Part shown: positions 34,777 to 41,676 of the stretch, in pieces
How the letters are laid out: the number at the start of each line of letters is the position of its first letter
Numbering within the stretch: position 1 is the first letter of the stretch
Source of the DNA: a virus
Length of the DNA stretch: 44,016 nt
IMG/VR virus record: IMGVR_UViG_3300038393_001495
Location: 1-44,016 of that record
Direction: 5' to 3' (one strand)
Program-made: the position numbers and the translations under genes
Notes under the pieces: generated by a model
Seen by the model: only the letters and a program-made list of their open reading frames with translations
Told to the model about the DNA's origin: nothing
The model's database searches: none

Positions 34777-35045
34777 GGTCCGTCGAGGTGCTCGGTCACC
34801 ATCGGCTGAACCGCGGCGAGGATCATTGCGTCCGTGACGGCGCTCTCCTCGTAGCCCGGTCGGGGCTTGCCCGCGGCCACGGCGTAGGCGTAGGCGGCGT
34901 CCCATCCCGGCGAGCCCGAGAGGGCCCAGAGGTGAGCGTCGGCCCACTGGACGGGGCTCGGGACGCCCTGCGTCGCGGCGCACGCGGCGACACGGTTCCG
35001 GAGGTCAGAGTCCACGGCGAGCGCGGCTTGTGTGTTGTAGGACAT
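34773..35045 (-). CDS. hypothetical protein (90 aa)
   Basis: ATG 35045 after a GAAGGA RBS. First ORF downstream of the tRNA-like gene. Confidence 0.6.
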   Translation of the reverse strand: MSYNTQAALAVDSDLRNRVAACAATQGVPSPVQWADAHLWALSGSPGWDAAYAYAVAAGKPRPGYEESAVTDAMILAAVQPMVTEHLDGP

Positions 35046-35239
35046 GGAGGGTTCCTTCATCGGCGAGCCGCGAGTCGGCCCGCGGGTACGACAAAGCCCG
35101 CCCCTGCTCGACGCCTCGACCGCGGAGAGGAGGACGCGGGAGACGGAGCGGGGGCGGGCTGAACCTCCCTGCAAGCCCACGAGGGGCTGCCGCCGATACA
35201 TCCGTCCGGGAGAGAGACGGGGCGCGTTTACACGATGGG

Positions 35240-35309
35240 CAGATGTGGGAGGAGTCGAACCTCCGGGCGTCGGTTTTGGAGACCGGGCCATCACCACTGA
35301 CTCACACCT
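35240..35309 (-). tRNA. tRNA-Trp(CCA)-like gene with a shortened D arm
   Basis: Minus strand: acceptor AGGTGTG/CACATCT, anticodon arm CCGGT-CTCCAAA-ACCGA (anticodon at 35277-35279), T arm GGAGG-TTCGACT-CCTCC. The D region is about 3 nt shorter than canonical. Confidence 0.5.
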
Positions 35310-35312
35310 ACG

Positions 35313-35365
35313 GAGGGGCCCTCGTCCTCCGCGAGTCGATGCGCGAGGAACGGGCAGGGCCCCTC
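35313..35365 (-). other. long structured leader hairpin between box PM7 and the tRNA-like gene
   Basis: Perfect outer 10-bp stem gaggggccct / agggcccctc with inner imperfect pairing. Confidence 0.5.
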
Positions 35366-35371
35366 TCTACA

Positions 35372-35405
35372 TGAGGAATCCGCCACGGTTACGCCACGTG
35401 CTCAC
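35372..35405 (-). promoter_or_regulatory. phage-specific promoter-like box PM7 (candidate late-operon promoter; 5' box overlaps stop 35402-35404)
   Basis: Minus strand: GTGAGCACG-TGGCGTAACC-GTGGCGGATTCCTCA. No further box is seen between here and the lysis genes at about 15 kb. Confidence 0.55.
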
Positions 35406-35638
35406 GGCACGCGACGACAGGCGGAACAGACGCGCCGGAGACCATCGGCCTCCCGCGAGTCGAGGTGGAACTCGCTCGTGGGCTTCGCGACGCCGCACGA
35501 GGCGCACGTCTTCCGCACGCCCCGAGTCCAGGCCCGCCTACGGGCCAGGGCGGCGCCGAGGAGCGCCTCCACGCCCTCCGGGTCGCCGTCAGGATGACGG
35601 GTCGCCAGAGAGGCGCGGAGGCGGTCCTCCAGGCTCAC
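35402..35638 (-). CDS. zinc-ribbon protein (78 aa, GTG start)
   Basis: KTCASCGVAKPTSEFHLDSREADGLRRVCSACRR gives CxxC-x24-CxxC. GTGA overlap with stop 35635 of the repeat protein. Confidence 0.55.
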   Translation of the reverse strand: MSLEDRLRASLATRHPDGDPEGVEALLGAALARRRAWTRGVRKTCASCGVAKPTSEFHLDSREADGLRRVCSACRRVP

Positions 35639-37350
35639 GAGCGGGTCTTCAGCCCGAGGAGGAACTCGGCGAGCGCCGCCACGTCCGAGCCGAGGATGCC
35701 ACGGAAGCCCGACTTCGCGAGGATGTCCGACGCCTGCGCCGAGACCTCCAGCCGAAGGGCGTAGTCCTCGCGCGCCGTCTCGTCGCGGACCTCGAACGTC
35801 GGCGTGGCGCCCTTCACCTCGGGCGCCGGGGCGAGGGACGACGGCTTGAAGTAGTCGTAGTCGCCGTCCTCGAACTCCACGTGGTAGTCGCCGTCGGAGT
35901 CGAGCCCGCCCTTGACCTGCCCAGCGCGACCCTCGTAGTCCGTGAGGCCGCACTCGGTCGGGCCGGTCACGAGCACCTTGTCGCCGTCCTCGAAGACGAC
36001 CTCGGCCTCCACGACCTCGGGCTCCGGGGCCGGGGCCTCGATCTTCACGAAGGACTGCGGCGCGAGGCGGTAGCCCGCCGTGACCACGAGGCGCCCGAGG
36101 TGGTCCTCGCCGACGTGGCGGACCGTGTGCTCCTCGCCCACGATGGAGTCGCCGAGGAGCCCCGGCTTCCCGCTCGGGAGGATGTTCGCCGCGATGCGGA
36201 CGCGGTCGCCGACCTCGAACGTCGGGACGTACGCGGCGAGTTCCTCGCGCTCGAAGCCCCACGACTGGAGCGAGTAGTCGCCGTCGATCTTCACGGCGTA
36301 GTCGCCGCGGCCCTGCCCGTAGCCGCGGAGAGCGGTCACGGTGCCGGTCGCGCCCGGACCCCGGACCTCCGCCGCGAAGGGCGAGGAGAGGACCGTCACG
36401 CGGTCGCCGACGGCGAAGGACGGGGCGGTCTCGACCGTCTCGACCTCGGGCGTCTCCATCGAGAGGAGCGTCGCCCACGGGCCGACGGGGGCCTTCGACA
36501 GGCTCGACGCCGGGAAGTAGGACCACTGGCCCTCGCCCGGGAACTCCACCACGAAGTCGCCCTCGCGGTCCGGGCCCTCCGTGACCGTGCCGACGAGGCC
36601 CGCGTACTTGTCCGAGCCCGTGAAGTCGTCGCCGACGAGCACGCGGTCGCCCTTCGAGGGCACGTAGGCCGGGGCGGGCTCGACGGTCAGGAGGGCGAGT
36701 TCGGCCTCGCGGTAGCCCCAGGCACGCGAGCCGTTCCCGTCGAGGACGACGGCGTAGTCCGGGCGGGAGATGCCGGAGATGTCGTGGCGGTCGGTCGGCA
36801 TCGGGACGACCGTCCCGACGTTGCCCGCCTTGCGGTAGACGCCGACGTACGTCGAGGAGACGATGCTCACGCGGTCGCCCGGGACGAACTTCGGCGCCGG
36901 GACGAGGCACTCGGCGGCGACGGTCCAGTTGCCGATGCCGACGTTCCCGGGGATGGTCCATCCGTTCGTGACGGTCACCACGTCGCCGACCTTCGGGCGG
37001 GTCGAGTCCGCGTGGTAGTAGTCCGCGTGGTCGCCCATCCCGCCGACGTAGCGGTGGAAGACCGTGCCCGCCACCACGGCGCGGTCGCCCGGGGCGAAGG
37101 TGTGGACCTCGGGGTCCGGGACGTGGACCTTCAGGTCCACGAGGCGGACGGTCTGGCGCTTGCCGCCCTCGGTCGCCTTGAACTCCGCGGCGTCCGCGTG
37201 GCGGGCGTAGGAGGCGCTCGGCACGTCGAGGGAGATGCACTCCACGACCTCGCCGAGGTCGTAGTAGTGGCGGAGGCCGCTCGCGCTTCCGTCCGCGGTC
37301 ACGACGTAGCGCTCGCCGACGACGGGCAGGGCGGGGGAGGTGCTGCTCAT
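35635..37350 (-). CDS. 571-aa protein built of six or more tandem ~65-75-aa beta-barrel-like (KOW/SH3/Tudor-like) repeats
   Basis: Recurrent F-x-x-GD(R/K)V anchors: FAPGDRAVV, FVPGDRVSIV, SKGDRVLVG, FAVGDRVTVL, FEVGDRVRIA, FEDGDKVLVT. Each is followed by G..G.V and GD(F/Y).V.F segments. Own box PM8. Confidence 0.7.
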   Translation of the reverse strand: MSSTSPALPVVGERYVVTADGSASGLRHYYDLGEVVECISLDVPSASYARHADAAEFKATEGGKRQTVRLVDLKVHVPDPEVHTFAPGDRAVVAGTVFHRYVGGMGDHADYYHADSTRPKVGDVVTVTNGWTIPGNVGIGNWTVAAECLVPAPKFVPGDRVSIVSSTYVGVYRKAGNVGTVVPMPTDRHDISGISRPDYAVVLDGNGSRAWGYREAELALLTVEPAPAYVPSKGDRVLVGDDFTGSDKYAGLVGTVTEGPDREGDFVVEFPGEGQWSYFPASSLSKAPVGPWATLLSMETPEVETVETAPSFAVGDRVTVLSSPFAAEVRGPGATGTVTALRGYGQGRGDYAVKIDGDYSLQSWGFEREELAAYVPTFEVGDRVRIAANILPSGKPGLLGDSIVGEEHTVRHVGEDHLGRLVVTAGYRLAPQSFVKIEAPAPEPEVVEAEVVFEDGDKVLVTGPTECGLTDYEGRAGQVKGGLDSDGDYHVEFEDGDYDYFKPSSLAPAPEVKGATPTFEVRDETAREDYALRLEVSAQASDILAKSGFRGILGSDVAALAEFLLGLKTRS

Positions 37351-37400
37351 GGGTGTGTCCTCTCGGTCCGTCCCACGGCGCCTCTCGCCGTGGTGACAGG

Positions 37401-37433
37401 GGAGGAATCCGCCAGTCGCCGGATGCTGCTCAC
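37401..37433 (-). promoter_or_regulatory. phage-specific promoter-like box PM8
   Basis: Minus strand: GTGAGCAGC-ATCCGGCGA-CTGGCGGATTCCTCC (9-nt spacer), 50 nt upstream of ATG 37350 and after hairpin 37445-37475. Confidence 0.6.
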
Positions 37434-37444
37434 GGGAAATGCAA

Positions 37445-37475
37445 GAGGCCCCCGCCCGGTCAGGGCGAGGGCCTC
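37445..37475 (-). terminator. GC-rich hairpin terminator
   Basis: Arms gaggcccccgccc / gggcgagggcctc with a ggtca loop. Confidence 0.55.
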
Positions 37476-37497
37476 GGGAGGCGCCGGAGGCGGCGGG

Positions 37498-37800
37498 TCA
37501 GCCCCGGCGCACGCGCCGCTCGTGGTTACGCCGAAGCGCGGCGAACACGGCGTCCTTGCGGGCGTAGTCCTCGCGCTGCTCGTCCGCGGTCAGGAGCACG
37601 GCGTCGAGGGCGCCGTACGCGGCCCAGAGGCTCGCGTCGTCGGCGTAGGACGAGGCGCCGTAGGCCAGGAGTTCGTTCGCGATGCCGCGGGCCTCGGCGA
37701 GGAGGCGAACGGGGTCGGCGCACGTGTGGGCGTGCGAGCGGAGGTTCGCCTCGCAAGCGTGGCAGGAGGCGGCGGTCGTGGTGGCGGTCGTGGCGGTCAT
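37498..37800 (-). CDS. hypothetical protein (100 aa) with N-terminal Cys/His cluster
   Basis: ATG 37800 (MTATTATTTAASCHACEANLRSHAHTC...). Driven by PE-37.8. Confidence 0.6.
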   Translation of the reverse strand: MTATTATTTAASCHACEANLRSHAHTCADPVRLLAEARGIANELLAYGASSYADDASLWAAYGALDAVLLTADEQREDYARKDAVFAALRRNHERRVRRG

Positions 37801-37847
37801 GTCGGGCTCCTCTGCCCTCGGGGCCCCCGTGTGGGGCCGATGAGGAG

Positions 37848-37877
37848 AGTGTAAACGCGCGGTGGCACGGCGCACAA
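37848..37877 (-). promoter_or_regulatory. host-type early promoter PE-37.8 (TTGTGC-N18-TACACT)
   Basis: Minus strand: TTGTGC GCCGTGCCACCGCGCGTT TACACT. Confidence 0.6.
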
Positions 37878-37893
37878 GTCGGCGGCGCGGCGT

Positions 37894-38001
37894 GGTGTGT
37901 AGGAAGTGCAGGAAGTTCCTACATTCCCTATTCCGTACTAGAGAGAGAGTCCCTAGAGAGGTAATAGAGAATGTAGGTAGTTCCTGCACTTCCTACACGG
38001 G
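37894..38001. repeat. 108-bp AT-rich palindromic element, copy B
   Basis: 97/108 identical to 14884..14991. Ends 7 nt after the integrase stop codon (38009-38011) and lies 16 nt upstream of the -35 of PE-37.8. Confidence 0.9.
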
Positions 38002-38008
38002 AAGGCCC

Positions 38009-39655
38009 CTACGGGGTCGTCTCCGGCGCTCCTCCGGCGTTGTGGCGCCGGGGTCCAGCGGGCGAGGTGCCGCCCGGAGGGTTCACCCAATGGATGAGCA
38101 CGCGCTCGCCCGGGTAGAAACGGGCCCCACGAGAGGGCGCACGGGTGACCGTCACGCGCTCGATGGCGAGACCGAGGAGGGCGCGACGTTCCTCGACGGG
38201 CAGGGCCTCCCATGCCTCGCGGCTCTGTGTCATGTCGAGGAGGGGCGTCATGTCGCCCTCAGGGCCCGGGAGCGTCGCGAGAGATGCTCGGGCCTCGGCT
38301 ACCCGGGCCCGGAGCGTCGGGAGGCGCTGCGCCGCCTCGTCCTTCGTCATGAGCCCCGAGGCCATGAGGTCCAGGACGCGGGCGAGGTCCGCCTCGAAGC
38401 GCGCGAGCACCTCCGCGAGGCGGTTCCGCTCCGTCGCCGCCGCGGGGTCCACGCGCGCCGCCCATCGACGGGCCACTTCGGCGAGGAGTTCGACGCGGTG
38501 CGGGTCTTCGGCCTCGTCCTCCGGGTCGATGGCGAGGCGGCGGAGGAAGGCGTCCACCACGGCATCGTCGGTCCGCCGCTCGGGCGCGTTGAAGCCGTCG
38601 CACGTCGTCCCGGCGCCCCGGGAAGCGCACGAGTAGGAGCGGTGCCCGAGGCGGTTCCCGTTCACGCGCGCGATGCGCCCACACGAGGCGCATCGGATGA
38701 GGCCGCGGAGGAGCGTCGAGGGCCCGCCGCCCGTGCCGCCCCGGGCGCCGTGACCGCGCTCGCCCCGCCTCTCGTCGTGGAGGGCCAGGACGCGGGCGCG
38801 CTCGGCCTCCGTGATGACGCCCGCGCCGACGGAGACCGGGAGGCCCTCCTCGTTCAGGTAGACATCGGCGACGTTCGCCCATCCGCCCGAGGGCGTCTTG
38901 CGCCGGAGCGACTGTAGTCCCGCGAAGCCCGGGGCCTTCAGGAGTTCGCGGATGGACGACGCCCGCCACTCGCCGCCTCGGGACGCCTTCACGCCCTCGA
39001 CGTTCAGCGTCCGGGCGATGGAGTAGGGCGAGATGCCGTCGAGGGCCATCTCGGCGATGCGCCGCGCGAGGGCGTACGTCTCCGGGTCGTGCTCCAGCCG
39101 ACCGTCCTCCGCGCGCCGGAGCCCGAGCGGCGGTTTCCCGCTCTGCCAGCGCCCCGCCTCGCGGGCGTAGCGGCGGGCGCGGGAGACGCGCTCGGAGAGT
39201 TTCTCGGCCTCCTCCCGGGCGACCTCGGCTCGGACGATGAGGGACAGGCGGGCGCGCTCGTCGCCCGTGTCCGTGCCGTCCACGCCGAGGACGCGGCGGT
39301 TCTTCCCGACGTGCCGCTCGGCGAGTTCGCCCGCCTCCACGGCGCCCTTGCGCGTCGCGCGGTCGAGGCTCCAGACGATGAGCGTGCGGAAGTCCTCGCC
39401 GCCGTCGAGGTCGCGGAGGGCCTCCTCCCAGACCGGGCGGGCCTTGCGGGAGTGGCGGCTCGCGCCCGTGCCCTCGCGCTCCGCGTAAACTCGGGTGACC
39501 TCCAGCCCGACGCGGGCGGCGAGGGCTCGGCAGTCGGCCTCCTGCTCACGCATCGAGCGCCCGAGGCGGTGCGTGTCCTTCGCGTTCTTGTGCGAGCGGC
39601 GAACGTAGATGGCGGCGGCGGAGTCCGGCGAGGCCGGGAGCGGTGAGAGCGTCAT
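38009..39655 (-). CDS. int: large serine recombinase (integrase, 548 aa)
   Basis: N-terminal resolvase-type catalytic region AAIYVRRSHKN...REQEADCRALA...LIVWSLDRATRKG. Long C-terminal domain with a Cys cluster CASCG...SYSCASRG...C. Confidence 0.85.
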   Translation of the reverse strand: MTLSPLPASPDSAAAIYVRRSHKNAKDTHRLGRSMREQEADCRALAARVGLEVTRVYAEREGTGASRHSRKARPVWEEALRDLDGGEDFRTLIVWSLDRATRKGAVEAGELAERHVGKNRRVLGVDGTDTGDERARLSLIVRAEVAREEAEKLSERVSRARRYAREAGRWQSGKPPLGLRRAEDGRLEHDPETYALARRIAEMALDGISPYSIARTLNVEGVKASRGGEWRASSIRELLKAPGFAGLQSLRRKTPSGGWANVADVYLNEEGLPVSVGAGVITEAERARVLALHDERRGERGHGARGGTGGGPSTLLRGLIRCASCGRIARVNGNRLGHRSYSCASRGAGTTCDGFNAPERRTDDAVVDAFLRRLAIDPEDEAEDPHRVELLAEVARRWAARVDPAAATERNRLAEVLARFEADLARVLDLMASGLMTKDEAAQRLPTLRARVAEARASLATLPGPEGDMTPLLDMTQSREAWEALPVEERRALLGLAIERVTVTRAPSRGARFYPGERVLIHWVNPPGGTSPAGPRRHNAGGAPETTP

Positions 39656-39677
39656 GCGGGCATCGTACGCGAGTTGC

Positions 39678-39715
39678 CGTTAGGGGCGGGACTTCTGGAA
39701 ACTCCGCCCCTAACG
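39678..39715. other. perfect 12-bp inverted repeat with 14-bp centre; candidate attP core (or hairpin terminator)
   Basis: cgttaggggcgg-gacttctggaaact-ccgcccctaacg, 23 nt upstream of the int ATG. Confidence 0.4.
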
Positions 39716-39720
39716 TGAAC

Positions 39721-39747
39721 CGCCCCCGAGCGGTCCATCCTCGGGCG
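39721..39747 (-). terminator. GC-rich hairpin after the membrane-protein gene
   Basis: Arms cgcccccgag / ctcgggcg with a 2-nt bulge. Confidence 0.4.
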
Positions 39748-39757
39748 TTTGTGCAGG

Positions 39758-40405
39758 TCAGCGGCCCACGGTCGCCCGCACGTCGCCGACGACCGGGAGC
39801 CGCACGTCCACGGCGACGCCAGGGCGAGAGGCCGAAGGCGTCGGGCGCGGGGCCGGGACGCCGGTCCGCGCCGGGGCCTCGCGTACGGCGCTCGTGGCAC
39901 GCTCCGGGGCCGGAGCGGGCAGGGCCGGGGTCGAGGCAGGGGCGGGCGTCGTCGGCGCCGGAGAGAGGCGCGTAGCGGCGCGGGACGCGAGGGGCGCGAG
40001 GCGCGGCGCGAGCACCTCCACGAGCGGCGGGCCCTCGACGGGCTCCGAGCCCGGGCCCGTGATGGCGCGGACGGTGTTGCCGCGCACGTGGACCGTCCGC
40101 CCGTCGGTCGTCTGGTAGTCCACCTCCGCGACGGCGAGGTCCGGCGCTCGGTAGAGGAGCATCCCGCCGACGAGGGCGACTGCGGCGGCGACGCCGAGGA
40201 GGCGGAGGACGCGCTTCGCCTTCGCGCCGGGAGAGACGACGCGGGCCTCGAAGCCGTCCGGCGTCGTGTAAACGCGGTAGGTCCGCGGGTTGTCGAACTG
40301 AACCGTGATGGCACGGGAGGCGCGGAGCGACTCGATGGTCTCCTCCGGGAGGAGGTCGAGGTCGAGGAATGCGAGGGCGCCGGATGGAACATCAATCGTG
40401 GTCAT
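39758..40405 (-). CDS. membrane protein with Pro/Ala-rich C-terminal region (215 aa)
   Basis: ATG 40405 (MTTIDVPSG). Central hydrophobic segment VLRLLGVAAAVALVGGMLLY. Co-oriented with and upstream of int. Confidence 0.65.
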   Translation of the reverse strand: MTTIDVPSGALAFLDLDLLPEETIESLRASRAITVQFDNPRTYRVYTTPDGFEARVVSPGAKAKRVLRLLGVAAAVALVGGMLLYRAPDLAVAEVDYQTTDGRTVHVRGNTVRAITGPGSEPVEGPPLVEVLAPRLAPLASRAATRLSPAPTTPAPASTPALPAPAPERATSAVREAPARTGVPAPRPTPSASRPGVAVDVRLPVVGDVRATVGR

Positions 40406-40438
40406 GCCGTGGTGCTCTACCTTCGGTTGCGGGCGGCG

Positions 40439-40464
40439 CACGGCGCATACCTCTAGACGCCGTG
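40439..40464. promoter_or_regulatory. inverted repeat CACGGCG-N12-CGCCGTG in the divergent intergenic region (operator candidate)
   Basis: Same 7-bp half-site as the palindrome in the early-promoter spacers. The centre contains TCTAGA. Confidence 0.4.
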
Positions 40465-40527
40465 TGGAGCGGGCCTCGCGGGGGTATGAGGAACCGCTCG
40501 GGGCAAACAGTACGGGAGGGGTCAGAC

Positions 40528-40728
40528 ATGGTTGAACGCGGCACGAAGCGACGGAACGGGCCGGTCTCGACCGTCGGACGGAGACTCACGGCGCACGGGC
40601 TGGACCTCCTGCCCGTCGAGGTGCGAGAGCGCGTCGAGGCCGAACTCGCCCGAGGCGGTCGCGAGGCGTGGGTCATGGCGCCGGACGACGGGCGCGTCTA
40701 CGTGGAGATACGCAACGCGAAGGCGTGA
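40528..40728 (+). CDS. only convincing plus-strand gene: small basic protein (66 aa), regulator candidate
   Basis: GGGAGGGG RBS lies 6 nt before ATG 40528. Divergent from the membrane-protein/int unit. Ends at the convergent terminator. Confidence 0.6.
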   Translation: MVERGTKRRNGPVSTVGRRLTAHGLDLLPVEVRERVEAELARGGREAWVMAPDDGRVYVEIRNAKA

Positions 40729-40745
40729 GCCTCGCAGAGACGCGA

Positions 40746-40779
40746 AGAGGCCCCCACCCATTCCCGGGTAGGGGCCTCT
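40746..40779. terminator. bidirectional hairpin between convergent units
   Basis: 9-bp stem agaggcccc / ggggcctct. Confidence 0.55.
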
Positions 40780-40811
40780 CGTCTGCGCCCGCGAGCGGGG
40801 CGGGTGGAGCG

Positions 40812-41090
40812 TCAGGCGTTGCGCTTCAGGACGCGAGTCCGCACGGCGTCCATCGGAGGGAGTCCAGGCAGGCGGGCGACCCGCTCGCGGATGTCGTCGG
40901 CCTCGCCGTCGCCCGCCGCGAGGAACGTCACGGCGACGTAGGCGATGCCGGTCTTCGCGAGGGGCGCCGCCTCGCGGTCGATGACGATGCATCGCTCGTC
41001 CACGAGGGCGGCGATGGAGTTCGCGGCGTCGAGGGCGCGGTCGGCGTCGTCCGTGAGGACGTTCGCGGTCAGGAGGAAACGGTCAGCCAC
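40812..41090 (-). CDS. hypothetical early protein (92 aa, GTG start)
   Basis: GAAGAGAGAGG RBS lies 6 nt before GTG 41090. Last gene of the leftward early unit. Confidence 0.5.
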   Translation of the reverse strand: MADRFLLTANVLTDDADRALDAANSIAALVDERCIVIDREAAPLAKTGIAYVAVTFLAAGDGEADDIRERVARLPGLPPMDAVRTRVLKRNA

Positions 41091-41173
41091 GGCGGGCCTC
41101 TCTCTTCGAGGTGGAACGGACAAGGGGCGCCGTGCGCCGGGGCGAGGGCCAGTGTAGCCCCCGCCCCGGGCGG

Positions 41174-41563
41174 TCAGAGCGCCGCCTCGAAGGACTCGCG
41201 CGTCTCGTAGCCGTGGATCGAGCCCTGCCACTCGACGGCGACGCCGACCTTCGCGGCCCGGGCCATGATGGCGCGGTAGCGCTTGACGCCGGTCTCGTTC
41301 GCCGAGTTGCCCTTCACGGCGGCGAGTTTCGTCTTCGAGTAGACGTAGTAGTAGGCGATGCCGCCCGTGGCCTTGTAGTCGGCGCCGATGCCGAAGACCT
41401 CCACGACGCGGAAGAGGTGCGCCTTCGGGAAGAGGGCGGCGAGGGCCTCGGCCTCCTCGCGCGTCGCGACCTTCGCCGAGAACTCGACGCCCGCGGGGCG
41501 GTCGAGGTAGGTCCAGGCGCGGACGGAGAGGGTGTTCGGGGCGGTCAGGTTGTGGTTCGACAT
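41174..41563 (-). CDS. hypothetical early protein (129 aa)
   Basis: ATG 41563 behind PE-41.6 and the conserved GAGGCCAGAGGAGGCC cassette. Confidence 0.65.
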   Translation of the reverse strand: MSNHNLTAPNTLSVRAWTYLDRPAGVEFSAKVATREEAEALAALFPKAHLFRVVEVFGIGADYKATGGIAYYYVYSKTKLAAVKGNSANETGVKRYRAIMARAAKVGVAVEWQGSIHGYETRESFEAAL

Positions 41564-41600
41564 CGGGGGCCTCCTCTGGCCTCGTTGGGGTGATGAGGAG

Positions 41601-41630
41601 AGTGTAAACGCCTCGTGGCACGGTGCGCAA
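41601..41630 (-). promoter_or_regulatory. host-type early promoter PE-41.6 (TTGCGC-N18-TACACT)
   Basis: Minus strand: TTGCGC ACCGTGCCACGAGGCGTT TACACT. Confidence 0.6.
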
Positions 41631-41676
41631 CACGAAGGGCCCCCGCGTGTCGCGAGGGCCCTCCGGGCGGTTCGGG

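Noticed and set aside
2089-37433. Reading CTGGCGG...TTCC of the eight-copy box as a sigma-54-type -24/-12 element.
   Set aside because: The GG-N10-GC spacing is not met. High-GC actinobacteria are not known to use sigma-54.
14884-38001. Interpreting the twin 108-bp elements as MITE insertions with target-site duplications.
   Set aside because: Copy A is flanked by gggt/gggt, but copy B is flanked by tggt/ggga. There is no consistent duplication, and only two copies are available.
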